A stretch of DNA of 63,631 nucleotides, filler included, from Octopus bimaculoides (GCF_001194135.2; 6 parts of 5 records of this genome joined end to end with filler, not necessarily neighbours in it), one strand, 5' to 3'. Positions 49,620 through 63,631 are shown, numbered from the whole stretch's first letter. The notes: generated from the sequence alone by a model not told the origin. Numbers and translations: made by a program.

Positions 49620-51150
49620 CAGGATGGCCACCATTGGCACTAAGTCAAATATAAATGATGCACATACCAATGTATGCTGTGTTTCCTACAGACAGAAGGG
49701 AAAAAACTCATGGTGGAGTTGCATTGTACCACCATGAAGATGTCACACCATTAATCCTGTTGTCACATTCTATGTCTGTGACACACTCATAGTACATTTA
49801 AAGCAACATGATATGGTAATATGCACATCATATTGCCCACCTGATGCCTTAAATCATGATGGTAAATTTATGGAAAACTTCACAATGATAAAAGAAGTAC
49901 TAACAAAACTTGATCTAAGTGTTAATATACTTCTGATGGGTGACTTCAACTTTTCCAACATGAGATGGCTTGAAGGCAACATAATCTCAAGAATGACACA
50001 CAAAGAGCGCAATCAAGCTGAATCTCTACCTGATCTCACAAAAATGCTGTTCATGGAGCAAACAGTACTCTCCCCAACCAGAAATGGTAGCATATTAAAT
50101 CTATTTCAGAAACAATGTAGCTCCATCCACAACATGAATATAACACCTGCATTCTTCTCAGACTACAACATGGAAAAACTGATGACGTATGGTCCAAAGC
50201 CAATTAATGATGTATTCCACACAGATGGTACCCAAACTCTGTCCAATCTGAACTTCTACAAAGTTGACTAGAAGTCAATTGAAGAAAGGGATTATCAATC
50301 AAAATTGACCTAAAAGTCTCTCTCTGCAAGTTATTGACATGAAACTTTAAGAATTCATGTCAATAATGTGAGCCACTTATATTAAATTTGTCCCACAGAA
50401 GAGAGCAACTACATTCAAAAACATCATTCCCATGACAGGAGAGTCCTTATGAGACACTGTATAAAGATCTCCAATCGCTTAAGTAGAGAATTGAATGACA
50501 GCGAAGAAGAACTGATTTTAGAAATCAAAAATACATTGCTACTCTTATGGAGAGCTTTTGTTCTCAGTTGTCTGGATTACTACTCCCAACTGTGATCACT
50601 GCAGAGCATCAAGCTGATGGCGAAACTTGAGGCAGTCAAGTGCCAATACGCGAAGAAGATTGACTCAGTGAAACAGATGAACTACTGGGAGAGGTTAAAA
50701 GAATTCAAACTCTACTCCTTGGAGAAAAGGCATGAAAGATATACAGTGATATACATATAGAAGACCCTAGAAGGTCCGGCTTCCAACTTTGTAATGAAAA
50801 GCTATTCTAACCACCAAACTGGGCAGCACTGGATAATACCAAAGATCATATTTTCTCCATCTCAAATAAGGATCCAATACTACAAAAGCTTGGATTCCAA
50901 GGGACCACAACTGTTTAACATCCTGCCAGACAATCTTGGAGATTTGCCAGGTGTAAATGTGGAGACCTTCAAAAAACATCTGCACAAATTTCTATCTGAA
51001 ATTCCAGATGAACAAACATTGCAGAAGGAGGCACAAAGAAGAACAGCTCTGTCCAACTCACTTCATCAAAAACAGTACAGAAAAGAGACCCAATCTCACT
51101 GAAAGGCAGTGCTCTGGTATGGCCTCAGTCTTTGGCTGAAAATACTAAGA
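49620..51150 (+). mobile_element. CR1/L2-group LINE remnant with a large internal deletion
   Basis: APE endonuclease motifs (GGVAL; SYCPPD; ILLMGDFNFSNMRW) joined to RT C-terminal motifs (LKLYSLEKRHERY; GPQLFNILPDNL). Confidence 0.8.
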
Positions 51151-51188
51151 GATAAAAGACATGTATACATTATAAATATATATGTATA

Positions 51189-52462
51189 CAGGGGTTGGAC
51201 GAAATAATGGAAACACCTAGCATCGTAGCATCATAATTTTGAAATATCTATAAAACCATCAAAAGCTTCTTTATTTTTATGTTGTTTGATTTATTATTAG
51301 TGTTGCTTAATATGTTTTGCTAAAATTGCTGTTCCTTTTCAGATATCATCAGAAAGAGGTAATTAAAATTCATTAAAATGACAGATCTATCATGCTTTCA
51401 AAGAGGTCAAATTGTTGGTGCTCGTATAGTAGGCGCTAGTGTAACAAAAACAGCTGAAATGTTTGGTGTATCAAGAAGTACTGTCTCAAAAGTAATGACA
51501 GCCCTTGAGAAAGAGGGAAAAACCTCCTCATCAAAACAAAACTCTGGAAGAAGACCAAAACTTTCAGATAGGGACTGTTGGACTCTTACGCGAATTGTTA
51601 GAAAGGATCACAAAACTACAGCTCCCAGAATTACTGCAGAGCTTAATGAACACCTCAAAAACCCAGTTACCACAAAAACTTTTCTCCAGGAGCTGCACAA
51701 AGCCAGATTTCACAGGAGGGCTGCAATCAGAAAACCACTACTTTTGAAAACAAACATTGCTAAGTGTTTAGAGTGGAATAAAAACCTACAGAATTGGTCC
51801 CTAGAGCAGTGGAAGACTGTTATTTTCTCGGACGAGTCATCCTTTACCTTATTTCCAACCACTGGCTGAGTATACGTGTGGAGACAGCCAAAAGAAGCAT
51901 TTAACCCAGACTGCCTTCTTCCAACTGTTAAACATGGAGGAGGATCTATGATGATCTGGTGGGGCTATATCTTGGAAGTCTGCCGACCCAATGGTTTCCC
52001 TTCATGGCAGATTTAGTAGTCAAGACTATTTAAGCATTTTATCTGATCAAATTCATCTTATGGTTGCAGAACTGTTTCTGGGAGAAAATGCAATCTTTCA
52101 GGATGATAATGCACCAATTCACAGAGCTAAAGTTGTTACTGAATGGCACAAGAAATATTCTAGTGAAGTTGAACATCTTATCTGGCCACCACAGCCCCCA
52201 GATCTCAATATTATTGAACATTTATGGTGCATTTTAGTAAAACAAGTAAGGAGTCGATAGGCTTCACCATCATCCCTACAAGAACTGGAGACTGTTTTAG
52301 CTGAAGAATGGGCAAACATTCCTTTGGAAATAATTCAAACTTTGTATGTGTTCATACCTCGTAGAATTCAATGTGTAATTACTGCCAAAGGCGCTTCTGC
52401 CCTATATTAAAATAATTTTGTTTGAAATTTTATGGTGTTTCCATTATTTTGTGCAAGCCCTG
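51189..52462 (+). mobile_element. Full-length defective Tc1 (DD34E) transposon, 1274 bp
   Basis: TA-flanked TIRs (CAGGGGTTGGACGAAATAATGGAAACACC and inverse). Transposase 51378-52409 has HTH, FSDES, FQDDNAPIH and PDLNIIEHLW motifs, with premature stops at 51867 and 52258. Confidence 0.95.
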
Positions 52463-52714
52463 TATATATTATATATTTTGTGTGTGTGTGTGTGTATATA
52501 TAGCGTGTGTGTGTGTGTTCTTTCATTTTCTTTTATTTTTTTATTATTATCAAATTTTGTTATGACTTGGTAGCACTGAAACCCATATGGTGAATCTGTT
52601 TGAAAAACTTTTTGTATGTTGTTAATACCTTTTAAGTAATAGCATTTGATGAGTAGATTGTAATTTTGATTGCTTTATATATTTTTGCATCTGTTACTAC
52701 CTTATTTTCTCCAG

Positions 52715-52792
52715 AGCGTTTTTATATCAAGAGTTGCAGAATCTGGTCCAGCAGCCCTATGTGGTGTCTGTGTTGGTGATAAACTTATTTCT
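52715..52792 (+). CDS. Isolated 78-nt exon of a PDZ-domain protein, Scribble/LAP PDZ1-like
   Basis: cttattttctccag|...|gtaagt, phase 0-0, encoding SVFISRVAESGPAALCGVCVGDKLIS, close to Scribble PDZ1 'GIFISRVSEEGPAARAGVRVGDKLLEVNG' as recalled. Neighbouring exons not found. Confidence 0.8.
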
Positions 52793-52988
52793 GTAAGTAT
52801 TATCTGGTAACATTCTTTTAAATACCCAATTCTAATACACATACAACTCTTACAATTTTTTGTGTTAGTGCCTTTTTATCCACAGCTGGCACCTTGGATA
52901 GGTGTTTCTTATCGTAGCATCAGCTTCACCTAAGACTTGTAGATGGATTTGATAGACTGAGACTGAAAAAAGCCTGTTGTGTGCGTGT

Positions 52989-53020
<32 letters not shown>

Positions 53021-53597
53021 GCATGCAAGGATATGTCTGTCTGTTTACATTTGCATTTCTCAAAAATTGCACAACTGCAAGTAGCAATATTGTTTTCATC
53101 TTCCCTCAACAAACTGCAGCTGACTTTCTACCTTTGAAGAATAAAAGATCCCTTTCTAGAAAAATAGATAATGTTTAGCAATAGGAAGGGCATCCAGCTG
53201 TTAAACTATACCTCAGTAAATCAGTAATGTATTTGTGTAACCTGCCTCCATGGTAAAACAAATATTAAAAATTGGACAAATATATCATCATCATGTCCTC
53301 TCTTATGCTCACCTTCTTATTTATTGTTCATTGAGAAGTTGCTCTAGCATCCCATTGCTACCTTTCTCTTTCCTTCAGCCATATATCTCTACAGTGGGAC
53401 ATGTGCTTGTTCCTCCTAGCATACAGCCACTTGTCTCCACCTTTCCCTCCCAAATACTTCTTCGTAGTGGGAGATTTTTTCTCCTTTTCCTTCTTTTCTT
53501 TCTCTGTTCTCTTCTATCTTGCCTGTTACATAGCAGCATCACTAGTGCCAGTGACATGAAGAAAGCACCCAGTACATTCTGTAAATATATACATATA

Positions 53598-54190
53598 TAT
53601 TGGGTTGGCCAAAAAGTCTGTTTGGTTTTTGTCAATACTAAACTTTGAGCACTTCAACGAGTAGCTAACTACATTCTATCCTTTGCACATGCGCACTTGT
53701 TAGAAACTTGACACTTCAACATATTTCGACAAGACAGGTTGTATTTTGTGTACATGAGATCACTCTGAAAATAGAGAACCATGCTTTTTATTGTAAAAAA
53801 GGCCAGAAAGTGGCTAAAACCTGCAGGTAGATATGTGCTGTGTAGGGAGAGGACTTTGTTACAGAACCTGTGTGCCAGAAATGGTTTTCAAGATTTTATT
53901 GAAGAAATTTTTCCATTCAAGATGCACCTTACTCAGAATGGCCAGCTGAGATTGACAGCAACATGAACTCTTGTTATACAACCAGGATGATTGTAAATAT
54001 TCTCCAAATATCCAAATCAAGTGTGGAAAACTATCAGTATCAACTTGGTTACATCACCAGCTTCAATGTTTGGGTCCCACATCAATTGAATGAAGCTGAC
54101 CTTTTCCAATGGATTTCTATCTGCGATTTGTTGCAAAAATGTGAAGAAAATTATCCTTTTGTGAAATGCAAATGGTCATAAGGGAAGCAC
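53598..54190 (+). mobile_element. Mariner-like remnant (left TIR and N-terminal transposase)
   Basis: Begins TATTGGGTTGGCCAAAAAGT; later ...SFNVWVPHQLNE...CDLLQKCEENYPF resembles mariner 'WVPHEL'. Confidence 0.65.
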
Positions 54191-55198
54191 AGCAAACCAC
54201 CACAAACAAAAAAACTAGAAAAATTATGTATATTAGATTATAGGAAAGGCAATTATAAATTAATGGGTTATTACTATTGAAATATTTAAGTGTTTTTCTC
54301 AGTTTATGAAAGTATTTCAGTGTAAATCTACTTCTACAATTTGATAATTCTAGTTCAGAAGTAACTAGTGGGACCTGTGTAAATTTCACAGAATGAAAAA
54401 TATTAAGAGGAACTATTTAAGAGCAAAAGGATGGTTTGTATTTTTATAGCATTCATAGTCTAGCTTTCTTTCTTTAAATATGCTTGATGTTCATCTACAT
54501 TAATTTCCTTATGTCTCCATCAGTGTTGTCTTTTTTCTCTTTTTATTATATTTCCCCCCTATAACTTTTCACATCACCACTACTACCATCATCACTATAA
54601 TTTTCAGTAAAAAAGCTATTTTCAGTCCACCTGTTTGTTTGATGACAATAACAAATGTTATATATATATCTCTCTCTCTCTCTCTCAATATAACTGCCTC
54701 CCCTGTTCATCTTTCTATCTGTCTTTCTTTACCCTCACCACCAGAACATCATTCTCTGCTAAATATTGTATCCTAAGCATCTCTTTCTCTCTTCCTCAAC
54801 TAACTTTTTAACTATGTAATAAGTATTCATTCTGCACCCCACTGCACATCATTAACACCTCTCTCCCTCATTTTCTCCTATTCTTCATGTCTTCCATCAG
54901 CTGGCCACATGACACATTTCTTTACTTCTTCCTCTCTTCCTTTTTCACTCCACCTCACTAACTAACTAAAGTATAACAGGTGAGTGAACAAGCAGATTAT
55001 TATATAGATTATATAATACATTTCCTCGAGGCAAAGACCACATTTAGAATTGCCAATATTTTATGATGGTGCATAGCTAATGATTGGACCACTTTATAAC
55101 ATAGTTAATGTTCTTGTCTTTTAAATCCCAAATGCACTTACTAAGATATCTACCTAGACTTATTTATCCCTTTTGCTTCTTATTTTTCTCTCTTTCTC

Positions 55199-55252
<54 letters not shown>

Positions 55253-56674
55253 CTGGGTGAGTGAACAACTAAAGAAAAAAGCACTAAACACATTTTGTAG
55301 GAGTTACAGCTATTGTTATTGAAAACAGCTTGATTTGGCTCCATGCAACTTAATTTTTCCTAAGCTTCTAAACTGGCTCATTCAGGCTCAGATTACTGAA
55401 TGAAGAAACACAAGAAGTCCTAGATGGCTACTGGAAAATGGGTTGTTATTGGTCTAGGTGGGTCACATGATGTTAGAAATGAAACCAGCATTTCAGTGAC
55501 ACCAGATGCATTAGAAAGGAGAATTCCTTGGACTACGTGGTTGGACAGGAAGTTGGCGATGTTTTGGTGTCTGGTACACCTTTGTAGGGATTTGGAAGCT
55601 GACAGAAGCAAAGACAACAAGTGTGTGTAGTAGATGTATGAGTGTATGGATGTAGGTATGTTATTGGTTGTGTGTACTAGATGAATGAGTACATGGATGT
55701 AGGTGTGTTATTGATTGCATGTGTGTTTGTGTGCATGCATGCTTGGGTGTATGTGCCTACTGTATATGTGTGTATGTATGAATGCATGAATAGGTGTTTG
55801 TGCATAAGTGTGTACACTTTTGCATTTGTGTATAAAGATATGTGTACATGTGTATGTACATATATATGCATGCTTTTAATGTTTATGTGTGCAGGTGTGA
55901 GAGGTGTAGTTGCAACAATATTGCAAGGGTGGGTGAGAGGAAGAATAAGAGTTGGGCTGAGGTTTGGTGGTGTAGGGGGAGAGAAAAAAAGAAGTATCTG
56001 TACTTAGATGTATGTGGGTGTGACATGCATGCTAGTGTAGTTGCAACAGTGTTGCTGGGGGTGGGGAGGAAATAGATGTGCCTGTATGCACATACTACAT
56101 GTATGGAGGTAAATGTAGGCAGTTGCAGGGGATGCATGAGGTTGTGAAGTCAGTGTGCATAGGCATTGGTGGTTAAAAATCCTGTTCTTGGTTGTGGGGG
56201 AGCCATTATTAAGGTGGTCCACTGGGTTATTGGCAGCAATAAGATAGTTCAAATTTCCTGTTAAACAGAATAGGATAAAATGAAGTAAAAGGAAAAGATA
56301 CAATAAAATGAAAAAAATTAAACCCAGGCAACACACAATAACAGAAGTAAAATACAATGAAAATAAAATGTTGTAAATCCTAATACTATGGTTATGCCTC
56401 TTCTTATTACACTTATTGTTATTCATATCACCCTCATTATTATTCATATTATTATTGGTTCTAGCTCCACTTATATTATTTCTACTGGTATCATTGTTGC
56501 CTTTATCCCTAATATTTCTCTTATCTTTATTACTAATCACAGTCTTTTTTTATGAGCTCCATTATACATGTTATTAGTATGGTTTCTATTACAGTGTAAT
56601 TGTTAATATTTCAAATTTTGCTATTGGCATATATGTATCACTACTATTATTATTCTTATTATTCTGCTTTATCG

Positions 56675-56709
<35 letters not shown>

Positions 56710-57338
56710 TTATGTCTGACTTTTNNNNNNNNNNNNNNNNNNNNNNNNNNNNNNNNNNNNNNNNNNNNTTAATTAATTAANNNNNNNNNNNNNNNNNNNN
56801 NNNNNNNNNNNNNNNNNNNNNNNNTTTTGAATTATCTTTAAAAAATTATAGCTGAAAATAAGATAATGATACTATTTAGGAGACACATAGGTAAGCTTTA
56901 TTTATATAATGTGAATAAAAAATAAAAATTATTATCAGATTTATATTAGTTTATAATAATGTGTTTACTAAGGTTTAAGGGACTGAAAAAAGAAAGGATG
57001 TTAGGAAATAACAAGGATATTCAATACAGGAATCTGATGATTGATTTAAGTAGATTAGATGTTAAGGTGAGAGATCAGGAATATATGTTATAAAGGTTCA
57101 ATTACCAATATAAATATGTGCTAATTGATAGTCCTAGATGACCATAATAGAAGGAAAGTACTATAATTTTGATGACTTTAGTTACTTAATAAAGGCCTAT
57201 TTTAAAACAAATTTTAAAGTGCGAGTAGAGCAGTGTACACCTTTATATTCTAATACATTTTATAGCCTTGTCCATGCATACATATGTATAGATGAATATG
57301 TATGGATGTATATGTATATTTGTATAGATGTACATGCA

Positions 57339-57373
<35 letters not shown>

Positions 57374-57409
57374 GTTTATATATATATATATGTGTGTGTG
57401 TGTGTTACT

Positions 57410-57830
57410 CTCTCCAACACCGCCGGGAGCACTACATCATTTGTGTGATGTGGAAAATATTCCATCAATATTGCACAAATGATGTTGGCATCAACTTTAA
57501 AATCCATTCAAGACTTGGACCCTATGATATCCGCCCACTACAAAAATTTAACTCAGTACACATAGCAACATTAGGTCGCACTTACTTTACTTCAACCGGT
57601 CCAGCTCTTTTTAATATAATATGAAAATACGTCAAAACGGAAACGGATCACATAAAATTCAAATGTTCAATGGACAAATGTGTTGAAAAACTCCCGGTCT
57701 AACCTCCTACATCCAGATATGCCCCCAGCAATATTAACTCTTTGCTAGAGTGAGCATGGTGCCCCATATATGATTAAAAGACTTCAAGAGATGATGCAAT
57801 TTAGTTAGTCATGGTCTTGGCCTATACTGG
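57410..57830 (+). mobile_element. CR1-like LINE 3' fragment
   Basis: YSLQHRREHYIICVMWKIF...GPALFNII, the typical CR1-group 3' ORF end. Confidence 0.65.
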
Positions 57831-60260
57831 CCGATACTTATTAAAGTTATCAAAGTTATATATNNNNNNNNNNNNNNNNNNNNNNNNNNNNNNNNNNNNN
57901 NNNNNNNNNNNNNNNNNNNNNNNNNNNNNNNNNNNNNNNNNNNNNNNNNNNNNNNNNNNNNNNNNNNNNNNNNNNNNNNNNNNNNNNNNNNNNNNNNNNN
58001 NNNNNNNNNNNNNNNNNNNNNNNNNNNNNNNNNNNNNNNNNNNNNNNNNNNNNNNNNNNNNNNNNNNNNNNNNNNNNNNNNNNNNNNNNNNNNNNNNNNN
58101 NNNNNNNNNNNNNNNNNNNNNNNNNNNATATATATATATATAAGTGTGTGTGTGTGTGTGTATAGAGTGTTAGGTTTGGTGTACAGATACTGAATATTGA
58201 GAAAAAATGGTCGCCAGAACTTTGGAAAGAAATATGTTTTTTCATGCAGATCTACAAATGGTGAAAGTGAACAACAAATTTATATAGGTAATGAGGAATT
58301 TGCTTACAAACATACTTAGTAGTAAAGAATTTGCCCCTCTAAAAGGATGAATAGTATTATGGCGTTGAAAAGTCAATTTCTAGCTATTTACAAGACCATG
58401 AGCTAAAATTCAATTTGAATTGAATCTTCTATCCGTGAAGATGTACGAAGAAATAGCAGCGATGGTTTTACCTCGTGAACAGTCTATATTAATTCTAAGA
58501 AAAGTTTTGCTTTTTCAAATTCTTAACGCAATTTAATTGCATTAATATGAATCTAAGCAACAACCCGAAACACGTGGAGGCAGCATGATTTGACGTGTAG
58601 GCAGCATGATAAATATATTCATTATTCTATAGATGCATTCTCCATTATCTGTGTATTGTTAAAAATTTCTCCTACACCGAAAAAGACGATAACATCTATA
58701 GCGACATCTGCAATTTCCAAAAGAGTAGGGTACTGATTTCAAAGAAGAAACAACGATAAAAAACTATTACATAAAATCATATGGAATATCCAGTATCGTA
58801 AATTGATATAGAGCTAATCTCGTGTACGCTTCAATAAATGTTCCTAGGAAAGAAAACCTCTTTCCAGACAGACATATATAATCACACACATACACATGCA
58901 TATATACATATACATACACACATATATACACACACACACGCAGAAATACATATATATATATACATACACGCGCACACACACATACACACATATAAGTGCA
59001 TATGTATGTGTTTACTTATAACAGGGTTGTAACAGAGACTGGTGGTGGAGAATAGAATTTGTCATATGACAATCTAATCACGTTAATTTTTAAATAGATA
59101 TTAGAATATAATCGCTGGCAAGAGTAAAATTGCAATTTTCTAAAACTATTATACATAGTAATAAGACATATTTATTTAGTTTGTGAAAATTTCTTTGAAA
59201 TGTTATCACTTGTTATGACTTGTAGAAATCATTCTGTCTAGGTTATATATATAACGATTGTGTAAATAACCGAAATTATTTGAATTAAATATGAGAAAAA
59301 TGTTTACGAAAAATGGCATATCTACAGAGAATTTATTTCAAACAAAGAAATGAAAGATGAAGTTTATGTAGAGAGTCAGCTCATATGAAAAAATAAAAAA
59401 AAATTTTAACTACAGTAATAAGCATACATACACAAACTCACTTATATATACACATATTATGGCACAAAAAGGAGAACAGAGGTGGAGAAGGACTTGTTGT
59501 TTCAGCGGTTGTCAGTCGAATGAACTGCTCTTTGGTAGTGAATGATAATGATGGTACTTTCCCGATGAGATTGAGAATGATGAAAATGATCATTATTAAT
59601 TGTCATTCGTCAATACTCATACGTCTATATACTATAATATATATTTCTATTTCTACGGTTAAGATATTTAGCAAAAGCCTTTAGCAGTTCAATCCGTTAT
59701 CAATATTTCTAAACATTAAGCGGTGAGCTAGGACGAAATGCTTAGCGGTATTTCGTCTGCCGCTACGTTCTGAGTTCAAATTCCGCCGAGGTGGACTTTG
59801 CATTTCATCCTTTCGGGGTCGATTAAATAAGTACCAGTTACGCACTGGAGTCGATATAATCGATTTATCCGTTTGTCTGTCCTTGTTTGTCCCCTCTGTG
59901 TGTAGCCCCTTGTGGGCAGTAAAGAAATAAGAAACGTTAGCACGCCGGTCGAAATTCTTAGTGGTATTTTCTCTGTTTTTACGTTCTGGGTTCAAATTTC
60001 GCTAACTTCGACTTTACATTTCATCCTTTCGGGGTCGATAAATTAAGTACCAGTTACGTACTGGAGTCGATCTAATCGCCTAACCCCCATCCCCCCAAAT
60101 TTTAGGCCTTGTGTCTTGAGTAGAAAATGAATATTTTTAAACGTTAATAGTCTGATGAAATTATATTTGTCGATATTGTTTCGATTTTTTAATGTGAATA
60201 ATCAATATGATCGTTGTAGATGTGATATGATTCATTATATATATGTGTGTATGCATGTAT

Positions 60261-60297
<37 letters not shown>

Positions 60298-62569
60298 CAT
60301 ATAAATGTATTTTCCTAGAGAATGGAGAGAAGGAAAGTGACAGTTATGACAAGATTATTACGTTAATTTATTGATAGATTTTAGAATTTCATACCAGTAA
60401 AAGCAAAGTTTATTACAATTCTCTCACTCTATTAACGAAACCACTTAGTTCTTAATATTTTGTCCACATCTGGTACTTTTCTAGATGTATTCGAATCTAG
60501 ATGTAGCGTTAGGTTTCTGCTAATTCTTCACGGGTTTCATCTAGACAGAATTGCTAATTTTATTAAAGCTTGTGATAAAATATAAAACTTCGGAGACCTA
60601 TGAAAATACAAAAGCGTTTTAGTCTAGGCTGCAATATCAAAGATATAAATTTAAGAGAAGCAAATTAAATTGTTTAGCATAAAATGTGAGCAGAAATTAT
60701 ATACAAAATAAATAAACAAGCAGACGAGAAATTTCTTTCAGAATGGGAAAATAGAAAGATTTTAAAATACTTATAAAAACATAACTTACTCCTGCAAAAT
60801 GAATAAACAAATGAATAAATGATAAAGAAAAACACACAACACTTATGACATTCGACTGTTGTGATAGTTCCCCAGAAAAAATAGACGATTCGTCGGAAAA
60901 ATAATACTCATAATACAAGACAGAGCTAAAATAAACGCGCAAAAAACATAGTAATGTCGCAAACAGACATGAAGCTCTAATTAAAGACTCATATATTGGT
61001 ATTAAATTTTAATCAATTAAATAGGGCTTTACAAATATTAAAACAGTAACATCAGAGACCAAATGAGATAATACTGAAGATGAGACTATGACAGTCAGGA
61101 GATATTGATGAGTGGATTAGAGAACTGTGCTAATCGAAAGTTTACAAAGCACACATACAGAATTATCATTAAGCGTTAGAAGTCTCTTGCATTACTTATT
61201 TACGGTGGTTCCCGTTCTAATTTCAAACCTCATCGTGGTGAATTTTGTGTTTATTCCTTTAGGGGAACTTATAAATTAAAGTGTCTGTTAGATAGTGGAT
61301 GTGATTTATTTGACTATATCCTCACAGAACAGTGTGGCCATTGTCAGTAAAATAAATCAATAATTATTTATTTTTTGTTATATCTTTCATCAGTATCTCG
61401 ATTGCATCTCTGACTGGCCAAATTATGTTGCGGGAAAAAAAGTTTGAAACGGATATTAAAGTTTAAAAAAATCAAAACTAATTTCATTTTGCTGTAGGTT
61501 AAAATAATTGAATACAAAGACAGATAGGAAATAATGACAAGAAAAATTAATTAAAAAAATCGTGTAACATACAGCTAGCACTGTACCAACCTATATTTCT
61601 ATGTCAAAGCTAGATTGAATATGTCAGAAATACAATTTCTGATATACTCGATCATTAATTCAAGCATTAATTCAAACAAAAGATTTGTGCACATATATCT
61701 GAACAGAGACTTTATACAGAAAAAAGAAAACAAAAACAAGTAATAAAATGAATTTAGATTTATTTGATAATAAACTATATTATTCTAATCTTTTACTAAT
61801 TTCAATCTTTGGACTGCGGTCATGCTATCAAGCCGATTCACGACTCTAATACTTATTCTTCTTTCGAACACATTTTTATTACCAATCTCACATTTGTTCT
61901 CTAGTGATGAGGAACAGATGCACACATGCTGGTGCGCGCGCACACACAAACACACACACACATACATGAACACACAGACACAGAGACACACACGCACTCA
62001 CACACATTCACACACACATATATGTATATATGTATATATATATACATATATATATATATATACAGATATATGTATATATATANNNNNNNNNNNNNNNNNN
62101 NNNNNNNNNNNNNNNNNNNNNNNNNNTTAATTAATTAANNNNNNNNNNNNNNNNNNNNNNNNNNNNNNNNNNNNNNNNNNNNCAATTAGATTTTAAATTC
62201 TTGTTTGATTCACTAATCTGTTGAACAGCAGCATAGTCGACATGGTATGTTTTCTTCTCTTACTCTTGTTTTTTGCAAACATCTTCAAAATGTCTTTCTA
62301 AAATGAAATTCCATTATGCAGCTGAAGAGTAAATTTTCATTGTACATTCTGTGGTGTTCTCACTACATGAATAAATGGAGCATGTACGAAACGTACGTAC
62401 TGCTATAACCTATTGAATTTTTGTTGCTTATCTTCAAATTTTATTCACCAAATCTCTTGATTTTGTTTTTGGTTTTTACCTTACCAAATTCTGGTACCTC
62501 AAACATTTTAAGTACCACATTTAATCTTTTGATTAAATCTATATTATATATATATATATAAACTACTTA

Positions 62570-63344
62570 CATTAGAGAGACTGCACGCTGCATAGGGGAG
62601 CGTATAGGTGAACACTAACGAGAGCTCAAAGAAGAGAAAAACTCGTCAGTGCTCTACCAACATGCTCAAGCAGAACATGGAGACTCGATTAATAACATAG
62701 AGGTTAAAGTATTATTGATGCATAGAACTGACACGACACTTAGACAGATCACAGAGGCTACACACACAGCAGTAGACAGACCGAGCCTCAATAGAAAACG
62801 TGTATGGAACAATAACCGCACCACTACACCACATGACTAAAGACAGAAGGGAAGAGAAGAGACAGGGAAGAAAAAAGGGAAGAAAAAAACTGATACAAAC
62901 ATGGTAATAAATACACAATAGACATATATGCACATAATTTCTTTTATGTATCACAAATGAGATAAATAAAAAAATAGATATTTGTCACATACCCGTAATG
63001 AATACAAGAAATATAGATAAAAATAGATAAATAAATAAATCTATATAAAGGGCATGGATACAAGCAACATAAGAAGCGAACCCATATACACATACAAACA
63101 CACACAATAACTTTACAGACGGCCGCAACAGTATCAACAACACGACTAACAACGACAACAGCAGCAGCAGTGACAACGATGGCAATAACAACAACAACTA
63201 CCACGATGGAAGCACCGTGGACGAACACACAAACACAGAGAGATACAGGAACTGTACCAAATTTTCGGGTCCGAGGACAGCAACAGCGACAACGAGGGGA
63301 GAGGATGGGACAGAGGAGCAGGTTATACTGCTGCTAAGAACAAT

Positions 63345-63392
<48 letters not shown>

Positions 63393-63631
63393 CGAAAACG
63401 CATGCACACATAAGGATACACACAATAGAAGAGCAGAATGAAATGAGTGGAGCAAGAGGACACACGAAGACGAAAAGTGTCACTGAAGAGGTCACAGATG
63501 TGTGACGAAAGATTTCTGGACAATGGACATGAGTTCGAATAAGAACAATGATAAACGAGTGAAAAACAAATAAATAGTGCGTGTGTTTATTTGGCAAAAA
63601 AAATGACCATCCCAAAATACAACAATATATA
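62570..63631 (+). mobile_element. Penelope-like element 3' part (GIY-YIG endonuclease remnant and terminal repeat)
   Basis: TYIRETARCIGERIGEH*...SVLYQHAQAEHG...RQITEA...PSLNRK fits the GIY-YIG 'YIGET.R...R..EH' pattern; same-strand hammerhead motif at 63478. Confidence 0.7.
63478..63522 (+). ncRNA. Decayed hammerhead motif downstream of a GIY-YIG fragment
   Basis: TGTCA CTGAAGA G GTCACA(gatg)TGTGAC GAAA gatTTC TGGACA. Perfect 6-bp stem II, bulged stem I, weak helix III. Confidence 0.5.

Noticed and set aside
55420-56257. Two putative minus-strand exons (56257-56096 and about 55600-55420) that would join in phase
   Set aside because: The peptide resembles neither DNHD1 nor any family I recognise, the flanks are low-complexity and phase agreement has a one-in-three chance.
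58250-58287. 38-nt + strand segment with cag and gtaatg boundaries
   Set aside because: Out of phase with the PDZ exon and does not encode the expected VNG continuation.

Overview
AT-rich, gap-ridden animal genomic DNA saturated with microsatellites, tRNA-derived SINEs, RTE/CR1 LINE, Penelope-like (PLE), Tc1/mariner and Helitron remnants. The repeat content suggests an octopus genome (inference; no database check). Nine minus-strand exons (26102 to 10935, 1684 nt, about 561 codons) splice in phase across all eight GT-AG introns. They encode the linker (DHC_N2) to AAA1 P-loop of a divergent dynein heavy chain best matching DNHD1. A lone 78-nt plus-strand exon (52715-52792) encodes the middle of a Scribble-PDZ1-like domain, implying an antisense/overlapping second gene or a scaffold misjoin. 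The most striking unexplained layer is eight minimal type-I hammerhead ribozyme motifs from about seven sequence families. Several sit in long palindromes. One forms the tail of a tRNA-headed SINE, reminiscent of schistosome Sm-alpha. Four lie on the DNHD1 strand, two inside established introns. Also notable: a head-to-tail Helitron dimer, interstitial (TTAGGG)n, a C2H2 zinc-finger fragment and many long inverted repeats. No prokaryotic or CRISPR features. Repeat boundaries are approximate and all calls were made by eye.
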